Below, piece by piece: positions 12,311-25,119 of a stretch of 64,000 bases of DNA. The notes beneath the pieces were generated by a model. It was not told the DNA's origin. It did no database searches and saw nothing but the letters and a program-made list of their open reading frames with translations. The position numbers were made by a program, and so were the translations under genes. The stretch's first letter is position 1; the number at the start of each line of letters is the position of its first letter. Source of the DNA: Dimorphilus gyrociliatus (Eukaryota > Animalia > Annelida); NCBI GenBank assembly GCA_904063045.1, contig CAJFCJ010000005.1:1751988-1815987 (forward strand), given 5' to 3'.

Positions 12311-15052
12311 ATGAAATTTTATCTAGGATTTTTTGTAATTACTGCTCTAGCTATCTTTTGCAATGCCTTTCAAATACCATCATTCGAAGATGTAAGACAG
12401 TCTTGGGGTAATCTTGTTGGTTCAAAAAAACCGGTGAAAAAACAAAGAGCTAAACGGTCTTATCAGAGAAGTACTGGTACTGGAGATGAAAGCAGCACAC
12501 CCACAGAAGCTCAAACATCAACGTAAATAATAATTACTAAGTAATGTTAATATTTCATGTTTTAACAGTTTAAACCTTTCCCTAACAGATTACCTATGAA
12601 GAATGGAAAGATTAATCTAAGATATATGCCTACTCTTGGAAATGGTCATCTGGGAGCAACGGTTTACTCGGATGCAGTCTATCTAAACGGCTTATTTAAC
12701 GGCGCTGGCGGTATGTATTATTATTATTATGTGATTATCCTACTGTATTTACTAACTGTAAACTTTAACAGATAAGTCGCATAGAGCTAAAATACCTGCC
12801 TTGACCATGTCAAGAGCCAAATTGAGAGAAGACAATGAAAAGACTGCACAAAGAAAGTTTAACTTTGATTCTCGAACAGGAGTATTTACGGAAAAAATTG
12901 AATGCGATTTTGCTAATATTGAACACAAAATATATGTTCATGCGAAATATATACGATTGCTAGTGTCAACCATCAAGATGACGAAAAGACAAATAACTGG
13001 ATCGAGTAGTAGTGGAAAAATTACTTTCACATATCCTCAAGTAAACTCAACAAATGATTTATCGTTAGTATCAAAAAGATCTGTTGATGGAGGTAGTTTA
13101 AGGTACATTATGAAAACAAAAGAGGCTGAACAAGATGGTAAAACAAATGAAGTTAGTATCTATATGAATGATCCAATAAATGATTTGAGTATTGGATTTA
13201 GAAAAGTTGAATATGCGGCTGTTTTAATGGCAGTTGATAAAGATGGTAGCGCAGCCTATAATGAATTTAAAAAAGGTATGTTATTAATGGAAAGAGGTTT
13301 CGAAAAGGAACAAGATTTCTTGTTGGAGGAGCATATTGAACATTGGAAAAAAATTTGGGATGCTGGAAGATTAGAAGTAGAAGGAGATCTCATCATTTCC
13401 AAGCTAGTCAATTTTGCCCAATATTATATTTATTCTTCCCTTCCACCAGTTTATGTAAGTGAAAACATTGCATTTTATTCTTTCTATATTTTATGTATTG
13501 CATTAATAATATAGGCACATCAAAGGCCATCGAGAGAGGATGTTTATTTAGGAATGAGTCGTGTTGGAAGTGCATGGGGTGGGGCTAATGATCCATATAA
13601 AGGTCATGTAATGTGGGACAGTGAAATGTATATCATACCTTCAGTTGTACTCTTTCACCCTGAGCACGTCAAGCATATGTTATGGTATAGAGGTCATGTG
13701 TCTGCAAATGCAAAGGTTGCTGCTGAAGCTGACGGCATAACGAAAGGCAATAAATATCCTTGGAGAAGTGGTACCAGCGGAAAGGATGTAACACCTAATT
13801 GCCCAGATTGTGCGAATCGTTTATATGTTAATGGAGCGATTGCCTTTGCTGTCAGAACCTTTTTTTCGGCCACGAGAGATAGAGATTATATTACAAATCT
13901 TGAGTATAAAGGTTGTGACCTAATGATAGAATCCGCAAGGTATTTAGCCGAAAAAGCCCTTTACGATCCAAAAAAAGGTCGCTACGTCATTAATGAAGTT
14001 ACTGGACCCGATGAATACCATAAGAATATTAATAATAACGCTTTTACGAACGTTTTAGCGTCATTAGCAATTCATTATGCACGTTATTTCGCGTGTCAAT
14101 GCGAGAAACCCGAAGCTGAAATCATTCCAGAAACTTATATTCAAAAAGCGTTATACATGTACTTACCGTTTGACATTTCAAGACGACTGCATTATCAGTT
14201 CGAAGGTTTTCAGGATCGACCTCCGTCTGAAAGGGTTAGTCAGGCCGATACAATAATGCTGGGTTATCCGCTCAATTGGAATATGTCAATGGATATTTAT
14301 AGAAATGATTTGGAATATTACGAGACAAAAACAGATCAATCGACCTCTGCATTAACTTGGAGTTTCTTTACTGTTGGATGGAAATGGATTGAAGAAACAT
14401 CAAAGGCTAAAAGTTTCTTTTTGAAAAGCTATCAAGATTTTGTTGTGCAACCTTTTAAAGTGTGGACAGAATATGGGGATCATTCTAATGTCCAAAACGA
14501 AGGAGCTGTTAATTTTCTTCCTGGTATGGGTGGATTTTTACAATCTATTATTTTCGGCTTTGCAGGAGTAAGAATTAGACCGGAAATGCTTGAATTTCAC
14601 AATCCAATTCCTGCACCGGACACGGACAAGATTAAGTTACTTGGTTTTACGTATTTAGGGGCAAAAATGGACATTGAGATAACGGAAGATCGAGTCATAA
14701 TTAAGGTATATACGTAATTTACATTTTTTTATGAGCGCCGCCTAGGTAATAAATGAAATCTTCCATCTTTCAGGTGAAAAGTCTCGGACTGTATCCACTG
14801 AAGTTGAAGCGCAACAATACCGAAGGGAGAGAAGAAGAATTGGAAAGAGGAAAAACAATTGAAATCGATGAACAGGATAAAGCAAAAGGATTCTACATAT
14901 TCTCTCCCGAAGGAACTGGATGCGAGCACCCTAGGGATTATGTATATATGCCATGGGGATATTCACCTTTTATCAACTCTGCCAATATCGTCAGAATATC
15001 ACCTTTTTACATAATAATCCTAGTGGCTGCCCTTATAATGAAGATTACGTAA
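12311..15052 (+). CDS. PGGHG: GH65-family glucosidase, PGGHG/acid-trehalase-like; secreted with hydrophobic C-terminus
   Basis: Spliced product (exons about 12311-12522, 12589-12710, 12771-13454, 13515-14705, 14774-15052) contains MPTLGNGHLG, GHVMWDSEMY, VTGPDEYH, QADTIMLGYP and GAVNFLPGMGGFLQ, plus an N-terminal signal peptide. Confidence 0.8.
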
Positions 15053-16261
15053 ACTATTATTTTTTTCCAGCTTTTTAGTTTGACCTAATTTTATCTGTAC
15101 ATATTTTATATATATTTATATATATATGTGTGTAAATCTCTTCTAACTTGATAAAAATCCTTTATCAAGTCATTTTGTTAGTAATGCGTCAATAATCTTA
15201 ATTCAAGGTGCTTGATTATAAGTTGAAAGAGAATCTTTCTGCTCTAACTTATATTCATTGATTATAATTATAACTAACAACAAAATGTATCAAATGTCTT
15301 TTTGTACATGAACAGAAAAGAAATGAAATGAGAGAAGGAAAAGTATAAACTATAATAAAAAATGAAGTGTTTTCTTTTTTTTTTATATTAAATTTGTTGT
15401 TTTTTTTTGTATGTTTTTAAAAAGATTGTTTGAATTTTTCATCAAAACGGCTGTGTTAAGTTTGTACATAGAATAAATGAAGAAATGTTTTTTTTTCATG
15501 ATTTATGTAAATCTCTCTCTCTCTCTCTCTCTATCCTTTATCTTTTTATTTAATTTTCTATGCTTCAAATATACAAATTCATTATAAACGTGCCAAGATA
15601 ATCTATAGCAGTTTTGCTACCTGTAAAACGTTAAACATTTTGAAGGATCATATGAAAAATTCGTCCTAAGTTCACCTCTCTAATTGTAAGAGACGAATAT
15701 TGATTTCCTATGAAGATGACGTTTGATGAACGCTTCTAAAAGTTAATTCGTACAGCTTTTGAGTATAGAATGTATTAATAGAAAGATTACACATAGAACG
15801 AGTAATAATATCCTCCATTTAGAAATATGTTACAAATAGTCACAAAAAACTTAGACTAAGTTATTTGTCAGCAGCAATCAATGTTTTGTCCAGAAATAAG
15901 TTTGATGTTTTTAATATTCTTTAATATATTAACCTCTCTCTACGAGAATTTATTTTCCATACTCTTTAGTTCTCTTATATAAAAGTTCAATGAACAATAA
16001 TTTTGAAATAAAAGAGGTATTTAACTGTCCTGTAAGATATAAATAAACAATGGAGAATTGTAAATAAATATGAAAGGTTCTTTATATATATATATATATA
16101 TATATAGCTGCTTTTTGTATACCAAATATACAGTAAATACAAATTAATAAATTTTGCTACTAGAGGGAGTTGGATACGTTTTTATAAAGAGGAAAAAGCT
16201 AAAAGTTTTGAATATTTTGTATATACAGTGCAAGTTTGTATAAAGAATAACTGAGGATACT

Positions 16262-17496
16262 ATGGAAAAAACACTAATTACATTAGCTGTTCTTCTATGT
16301 TATACATTGAGTATGAATCAAGTTCAAAATGAGTTCATTCTCTATGATAATATTTCTATATTTCTCTCTACAGACGTACGCGTTCTAGCATTTAAAGGAC
16401 TACTAGAAAATGATAATAACATCCTAAAAGAGGGTGAATCAAGAATTTTTTACTATATGAAATTTGATGGAAATGCAAAGTGCAGGTTTGCTTTGAGAGT
16501 TTTCGTTTATAGTATAGAAATATTAATTTTCTGTTTGTAATTTGCAAACAAAAAAATAGGTTAATCTACCCTTCGGAGGGCTCTACTATAAACTCTAACC
16601 AAGTATACTTAATTGGTAGGAGTAACGATGACTCTATAATTGATTCTAAATCACATTTTAAAATGAATGATAAAAGCTCAACTGCAACGTTTACTGTAAA
16701 GGTATTTGAAAGTGAAGAAGACGAACTTGAAAGGAAATTAATTATATCTATAATATGCAAAGATCTTGAATATTCTGTTGATACAATAGATAAACTTGAA
16801 TTTATAATACCTGGATCTAATTCGTATTTTCATAATGGAGATCCGGATTTTATGCAAATCGTTTTCGACGAAAAATTTAAGCAATTTCGTCATATTTGTT
16901 ATAATATTCCTGGAAAACTTGGCGATAAATTTCTGTTATATACAGACAAAGTTTCAAAGATTCTAATACACGGTATCTTCTTTGATGAATATCTAATGCA
17001 TAAGATTGATATTATGTCAAAGTATGGTAATATATCAGCTCATTTAGGCGGTGTACACCTTTGGAAAGGTCTATTCGTAAATTGGAACGATGATAATCTC
17101 TCCCAAGTGATTAAAGAGAATCAACATTTCCTTATTCAAATGGAAGAGAATAAATTTCACATAAAGTTAATAGATGAGAGGAATATAACCTTTACGATTG
17201 AAAGATTGAAAAAGCCTCTTGGAAAGTTTTATTTAAATATTGTGATAAGAGGAATAGAAGAAGATTATAAAAAGTTCGGTGGTCTTATTAGTAAAATAGG
17301 AAGTAATAAATTTCAGTTTTATAGAGAAGTTAATGATATCTTAAGCAAAGATGAAGAGAAAATAGCAATAGGTGTTAATGGAAGATTAGGTTATGCTATA
17401 ATGCAGAAGAGAGATAATCAAAAATGTTGGCTAATAAACTGTAATCATGGTCTCTATCCGTCCAGTGTGACAAATTTTACATTAAAAACACATTAA
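16262..17496 (+). CDS. Secreted protein (~365 aa) with inter-alpha-trypsin-inhibitor heavy chain C-terminal-like domain
   Basis: Exons 16262-16310, 16374-16485 and 16560-17496 join in frame. Signal-peptide-like MEKTLITLAVLLCYTL. NGDPDF...ICYNIPGKLGDKFLLYTD resembles the ITIH GDPHF...ICFNI.G.PG..L.LV.D pattern. Confidence 0.6.
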
Positions 17497-17832
17497 ATAC
17501 CGATAAAGGTAAAGTTTTAAAGACCTCTTAGTGAATACTCTAGATTTGGGACATTCAACTTGTGTAATTGAATTGTGACACAAATATTTTATTCTCATTG
17601 TAAAAGCTATTTAGTACGTGAGTTGACTGACATATCAGTGAAATCTAGTTATTTAATCATTTATCTTAATTATGTTTGTATTATAACATATTTTGTTTAT
17701 ATTCTCTTTTGGCAGTAAATGTAAAAATAAAAGAATTATCTAAATAAAAATAATCAAGTGATGATAAAATTCAAAATGTTCCTTTAAGCATTTTACGCCT
17801 TTTCAAAATTATCTTTTGAGTTATTATCCCTT

Positions 17833-19751
17833 TTATAATGTGAATTTTCTTTTCTTTTACCACGAAGGAATAGGAAACTTACTACAGTAATTAGGCCAAT
17901 CCCGACAACAAGGCAAACAACAGCGATTACTGAACGTTAAGAAATCTATTATTTATATTAACATTCAATAGCTAATAGATACAATTATTGAAAAGAGACC
18001 CAGGGATAGCGGATATACAATAAATAAAAGAATGTGATTAGGGAGAGAGATTAATAGAATTTCAAAGTTAGACAACAAAGAAATTAGAGAGGAAAAAGCA
18101 TATTCCAAAATTTAATAGGAGAGAACCATAGCCTATAAAAAACAGTGTTGTATTAACAAATCAACAGAATGGTAATAAAATAGAAAGTATTTTTCTTGTT
18201 TTCTTATAGTTTACTTACTAATAGTTGATGTTTTTTCTTTTGAATTCGACGCTCCGAGTTCTGGTATTGTTTCTATGAAATATTTATTATATAATTTTTC
18301 TTTGATTAGTTAGAAAATGATCAGTTATTAATTACCTTGCGAATCATCAATCGCTATAATAGAGTTAATAATATGAAAAAAGTCAATTAGCGCAATATTC
18401 CAACTTTGTTAAGTAAGCTAACCTATGCGTCTTAGAGTGGGATATTCATCGGAAGCCTTTGCACAATCCCATCCATTTGGTGTATATATGATATAATTCA
18501 TATTATCGAGCGAGCTACATTTAGCTTTTGTTGACCAACTTGAACTTATAGTTATTTTTTCTTCTCCGTCCATCCATCTAAGATTGGTATACGCCAACCA
18601 AGCATCATTTTTCACTTTATCTTTTAAGTCTCCTTTTTTCAAGGCATCTGTAAAGTATGCCAAAGTCCTGGATGTTTTATTGCATTCTTTCATCGCTTCA
18701 AAGGCCGTTACATCTATAGATATAATTAAATTAATATATTTACTAGGAAATGTAATTAGAATTTCTCTATGAAAAAATACTTTTTGCTTCAAAGTAGAAG
18801 TTATTTTCAGCATCTTTACACACGTAGGATTTTAGCTCATCGCAAGAACTGGATACTAATTCAAGAGATGAAGATTTAGCGTAAACGCAACTAAACGATT
18901 TTGGTTCATTCCATTTCCAAGTTGTTAAGGTTACTTCGGATATGAAAATGGCATTATTCCCTCCACAATTTGATCCATCGTGACACTTGGTCGTACACAG
19001 TTCCGAACGTGTCCATTCGCCAAGCTGATCTCCGCAAAAACAAATGTTATCCGACTGCATTTTGTTTCAAATGTAAACTTGATTTAGTGAATTTATTTTG
19101 ATAGAAATATTATTATTAATATTATATTAATAAAAAATATTACCCCATCAAATTGAATTCCAGAATATTTAAATCCATTACCATTATTATAGATACCGCA
19201 ATAGTCCTGACAAAATGTTCTTGTTACATAGTTACTTTTTATAGGCATTTTTGTAGGTAGAATAGGTTTTATACTAGAATCAGTGAAACATCCTAAGTCA
19301 GGATCTAAAACTGGTTCTCCAACCTTCCCATCACCTGTTCATCGTTCGGATTATTTCTCTTATAAGATAATTAATAATAGACTTATAGTATTTACCAATG
19401 ATTGTTGAATAGTTTACAAAATTATTAACAGGTGAAAAGTTACACCATAGGTCAGTAGTAAAAGAATTAGCGTTAGAATGGCACGGATCAACAAACTCTC
19501 CTTCCGTATTATTATGACGCTTGCTGTATATTGTAGAATTTGATAGAAAATAGCAATAATGGCCAATAATTTTTCCTTCATTTAAACTAAGGCAGTTTTT
19601 ACTGCTGATCTCTTTATTAATAAAAAAAAATAAACCATTAGTTCAAAACGGAAGGTCAATAAAAAAACAATTCTCTCTGTTACCTACCTAAAGATGAGTT
19701 AAGGTGAAGGAGAAAGTTAAGTAAAAGGTACAGTATTTTTCCCATATACAT
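17833..19751 (-). CDS. Type I membrane protein with WSC domain and C-type-lectin-like segments
   Basis: Signal peptide exon 19688-19751 (MYMGKILYLLLNFLLHLNSSL). WSC motif LGCFTD...TFCQDYC...YSGIQFDG|SDNICFCGD. CTL-like segments follow, then an 18-nt microexon (18336-18353) and a 54-nt exon (18219-18272). The last exon is a TM segment IAVVCLVVGIGLITVVSFLFL with basic tail RGKKKRKFTL*. All splice phases are consistent. Confidence 0.7.
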
Positions 19752-21025
19752 ATCTTCGTTTTAGAATTGTTTAGAGCAATAAATCTAAAGTTAAAAACCT
19801 TCCGGATTCTTTGTTAGTGAACATTTTCAATAGTGATTCATTTAGAACCTAAAGCTCTAGCAGAATACTAGAATATGCAATTTATCGACATACTCTTTAA
19901 AATATAAAAAAAATCGATTTTGTGTTTTTGCCACATCTATTTCTTATGCTTATGTAATCGAATTAGAATAATTCTATTTATTAATGACGGCTTATTCTAT
20001 TAATTTGCATAAATATTATTATTAATTATTATTTTTATTGTTGTTTTTACAAGGAATTTAACGGGGGGTAAAAAATCGGAATAAAATATCGTATCGCTTG
20101 CGAAACGATGAATAATCGTTCTATGAAGGGGTTGAATACCTGAAACATTTATTGATTGCTTTGAAAGATATATTCCTATATTTATATATAGTATTACTTT
20201 TCTAAACGTATAAGAATATATTATTAAACTAAGTATAGTCCTATATTATATTTTTCATCTATATATAGTAAAAGTTTATGTTTAAAGATATATACTGTAT
20301 ACGTGTTTTGGAACAAATTTTTCTAAAGAACATTAGAATATTCCGAAATTTTTCTTCTTTTTTTCGAGCAATACAATATCTAAACTAGGGCAAAAATTTT
20401 ATTAAACAAGAACGACTTCATAAAATGATATCATATTTTTTTTGTTTCTTTTTTTTTGGAAGATGGAATCATACCATTATCGATTTTTTTTTCTTTATCA
20501 AAAACAAAACGAAATGTGATGAAAACTTAAAGACAAGTTTTAAAAAGAAAAAAAAACAGTAATATTTTATTTCTGTTTTACATAAAGTTTCTTTTTGGAA
20601 CATGAATTATTTTTGGTTTTTTGTTTTTTTTTTTGTTTTTTTTTGTTTTTTACAGTTTCAAAAAATATAAAGCCAAATAAAAGTGCTGAATTTCACAAAT
20701 AATTTCCAGATTTTTACATATAAGATATGCAAATTTTCTTTTTCTTTTATTTTAAAAAATTATTGCAGCAGGTTATAATTCCTTTAAGAATTCAAGAGTA
20801 GTTGATTTTTCAAAATTGTTTTCCTTTATGGATGGATATTAAAATATTTGAGCTTGCCTTTGGGAATAAATTTGAATACTATGCAGTATACAATGTACTT
20901 ATACACACATACAACGAATCAGTATATGTATATATGTGTTTGTGTTTAAGAATACAAGTTCAAAAAATTACTGATATTCGTATAAAAAAAGTGTCATATG
21001 AAAAAATGGCAGCGTCTCAATCAAA

Positions 21026-23399
21026 TTAATACCGTCTGTTTAATCTGTTTACTTCGGATCTTAATTTTTCGTTCTCTCTCATTAAGTCGTCATTTAGAGA
21101 ACCCTGGTGAATTGCATCAATAATTTCATCTCGATAGGATGCCATTGTGCTTATTAAATTTAATCTTGTTGCCACAATGTCACTATGTAGTCTTTCATAA
21201 ACGTCATCTAGTTCCTCCCTGACAATTTGACGGATTAGTTCAGTTTGAATTTGTGAAGTTATCGTGTTAGAATCTCCAGCTGCTCCTCTCTTAGTATCAT
21301 CACTAAGTTCAGCGCGTTGGGGTTGACTCGATGGCTAATTAAAAGTAACAATTATAAAAAATATTTTAAAATTCTCAATTAAATAATATATACCAAACTA
21401 TGAAGGAAAAACGAAGACGAATCGTGCTTCTTTTCCTCGTCTATATCATTGGTTCCATTGCTTGTAAACTTTGATGTGTCTTTATTTATTGAATGATTGT
21501 TTGTGACTGGAGTTTTCTGAGTAGGCCTTGTCAAATGATTTTTCGGAGAGTCAGACATTTCAGTACGAAAATTTAAATTAGGGGAAAAGGTCCTGTCCTT
21601 CACTAAATTAGGTGAGAAACCATCTTGATTTTGAGTTCGCTTTCCATTTTCAGGAGACAATGGAGAAAATATTTCATAACTAGAATTTCTAGAAGCAGAG
21701 GCAACAGAGGGCGTTTTAAACTCAACTGAATGATTTGAATGATTTGGGGAAGAGATATTACTTTGACGTTTTTTCTGAAAAATAGATTATATTTTGAAAT
21801 GGATGCCGAGTAAACTACCCGTTTAACAAACTACAGTTAACTAGGCCCTGTTTCGACATCTAGTAATTGAATTACATGATATATGCGCATTTAATATATC
21901 CTGCTAGTAATGTAACTAGCCGGATTATCCAGATAAAAGACTCCGAATGCGCTATTTTTTTTATCTAGACTCTAAACTTCTTTACAAAATTTATTTACCT
22001 TATTGAATAATTCAGCAAGTTGAAATTTTAGCACCTTTACACTGCTGGTATGAGCGCAATGCATTGTATGAACAGGCTTATTCAGTTGCCTTAGATCGTA
22101 AACGTGGATCGTTCCCCTTGTTGTGCCTATTAATCAAATATGATTAGATGATATTATCTAATAAATTGAATAATCATTCTGACCTCCGACAATAGTGTAT
22201 CCATCAGAATGCAAATCTACTGCAGTTGCTGGAGAATCCAAAAAAATCTTATTTATATTCTGATGAGTTAAGCAATCATAAAACATAATTTTTCTATCTA
22301 AGCCAGAACTCATCATCAGTCGTTCGTTTATGGGAGAATGTGTAATACATGTTACAGGAGAATGATGAATAGACTTAAAAGCATGCATTTGCTGCTTAGT
22401 ACTGGCGTTCCAAAGAAAAACGTCACCACTACTACAAGCAGTTGCTAGTAAATGTTTAGTCTGCAGACTATATTTGACATATTGTACAGCGCTCGTATGT
22501 TTTAAAGGGGAAGAACGTTCTGCTGTTACAGTATTTATGAGATATACGTCGTTATTAGCTGCTGCAGCGAAATTTCTATCGGAATGATGCAGGGATACCG
22601 TTGACAATCCACTTGTAGAAAGATCATATGTCTTTTGAATCTTTTTATTTTTCAAGTCATAATTTATAACAACACCATCTTCTCTTCCTCCAAGTACATA
22701 TCTGGAAAAAGTAATATATTCAGTTTAACAAGATTTACAATTTTTTCTTATTTAACTTTTACAATCCAGAGATGGCGCTCTAAAACATTTTCTTTTAAAT
22801 AAACGATTATAGTCATATATCAATTATAGCCCTAAAGCCAGTTTACACACGAAACAGGCTTAGTTCAAAGGATTAGCGAGGTCTTTTATTGATAGAACAA
22901 TTTATAAAAAATAACGAACGCTCTTATCCACAATGATCCGTCCAAATAACAGAGTAAAAATAAAAATATCTTAGATACCTAGGATAGCTATAAGGTTTTT
23001 TGGCTTTAATATTTTAACCTTTCTACTATTGACCAATATAATGATAATTGACGAGGGCACTCGCTTAAGGGACTTTGCATAAAAAGAAAACAAGTGTTTT
23101 ATATAAAGAGTATAGTGAATGAATATGTTCTACCTTCCATCAGACGAAGCTGCCACTGTGGAACAACCTCGTCCTATTTCTTCCTGAGCTTCGATTCTTC
23201 GAAAATCGGAGCTGAGCTTTGTTATATAGCATGGTCCTGCGCCCTTTTCAACGCATGTAACTACAAGTCGACCATCCAAACTCCAAGAGCAGTCTGCAAT
23301 AGGCTTGTCTGAAGGGCGCCATTCTGTAACCTCGTTGAATGCTGGACTATTAGTCCATAGTTTCAAACTGGAGCCGGCACTTAGCAAGCTGGAATTCAT
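21026..23399 (-). CDS. NEDD1: NEDD1/GCP-WD: WD40 repeats plus C-terminal gamma-tubulin-binding coiled coil
   Basis: WD40 exons (MNSSLLSAGSSLKLW..., HLLATACSSGDVFLWN, GTTRGTIHVYDLR), a Ser/Pro-rich middle, and C-terminal LHSDIVATRLNL...LMRENEKLRSEVNRL; stop at 21026-21028. Confidence 0.88.
21800..21952 (-). ncRNA. Candidate structured intronic RNA (two long hairpins; H/ACA-sno/scaRNA-like geometry)
   Basis: Inverted repeats at 21885-21891/21946-21952 and 21802-21809/21853-21860, each with inner stems, inside the 224-nt NEDD1 intron 21775-21998. No canonical ACA box seen. Confidence 0.35.
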
Positions 23400-25119
23400 G
23401 GCTGTAACAAACAGGAAAAGTGTTCGTAATTAATGATAAGAAAATATATTTAATTACTTAAATATCCCATTTAAAAACTACATAATACACTTATTACTTA
23501 ATACTGATAATGACCCTGGAATAAATCGAGGCAACTCAAAATAGATAGATCAAATTATATGTTATAGATTATTATTTTAAAAAAAAGTTCACTGTTTGGT
23601 TGGCTTTAGAGAGATTATATCTAAAATTTGTTCGTATGTACAACTATTTAGATACTAGTCTGTTTGAAACATATACATTCTGTTCAAATACTTTTGTAAA
23701 ATTTGTAAATATAAACACATTTATTCTATTTTAGTTGATTGCAAAAAAAAAGAAATTTGTATGGTTGTTTTTATGATAACATAAACCCTCGAAATTTTAG
23801 TCATTTTATTATTAATTAATAAAGATACTTTTGTTCATTCTTAAAAGTACAAAAATAAATATTTCTTTGGGAAATCGTAACCCTTTTTCCTTAGTATTAT
23901 TTAGGTCTATAGTCCAAAAGTAGTTTTGCAGAGATTCTGGACATTTTGGATTAAGCCAGTCAGTTGTACAGCAATGCTGATTGGCGATTGGTTTTAGTGA
24001 GTGATAAAGGAGAAATTAGAAATTTTTAGTAGGCTTAGACCATATTAACACTCATTAGTTTTAAAAGCTGTAAAATTTTAATGATTTAGGGAAGCATGAT
24101 TTAATTTTCTTTTTTTTAAAAGAACGAACAAGTAACTGATAATTCATTAGATCAATTAAGAAACGTTTAAAAGATTTTATTATATGTAAAAATTTTACTT
24201 ACGGGTGATACTTTTTGATCTTTGAACCTTTTCTTAATTCTACGTAAAACTGTAGTTTGGGTAAGAACGTGTTGAGAATTTACCTGGAAATACGGAAATG
24301 TTATCATTCTAAAAAACCAATGAATAGCTGATTTTTGTAAACTTTTCAAAAGTACTACCTTTGAATGTTGTGATTTACCTCAAATTCGGTAATTAAAATT
24401 ATAAATTTAAACCATGTCGTTGGGGAGAAGGCACATCTGAGAAGAGTCCTTTCAGCAATGACTCCGGTTGGTAGAGATTAAATATAAGCTGATCCGAAAT
24501 GAATTTATAATAATGTGGACTAAGTCGTTGTTTATTAGTCTATTTATGGCCTTAAAAATTCAGAGTAACTCAGTTTGCCTTTTTTTACCCCACTGTTGTG
24601 GTATAACGGAATAGACTGGTGCCTTGTTCAAAATGCTTGTAACTGAATGTTTAGAACCAGTTTTAGAGTAAAAAAAAATTCTTAAATAGAAAAAGGCATT
24701 AGAATAAGTTTTTTAATAAAATAATTGAATATTTTTCAATCCAGAATTTGCAAATCAGTCATTGATTAAGTGCTATCAAAAGCTTATAACCAAATTTTTA
24801 TTCCTGAAAAAAGACGAAACATTACTTGGCCGAAACACTACGTTCTTGTTTCGAATGCAAAAGTGTGTAACAACTAAAGCTCTTTTTCTCTTTAAATCGA
24901 AAAGATCTTTTTAAAATATAATATTTCAATGATAAAATATCATTTTGGGTCAATTTAATATTTGTTAAATACTAGAAAGTCTTAATTTATTTAAAGCTAT
25001 CAGGTTATATAAAATTTTACCAGTTATCACTATGCGCCATAAAATAAAAATTACAACCTGGTACATTGTTTTCAATATATAAATACTAGACTGGTAATAA
25101 CTTGTACTTTGACCTTGAT

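Noticed and set aside
20802-21029. 75-aa plus-strand ORF
   Set aside because: Antisense to the NEDD1 3'UTR; TTG start; AT-rich random composition.
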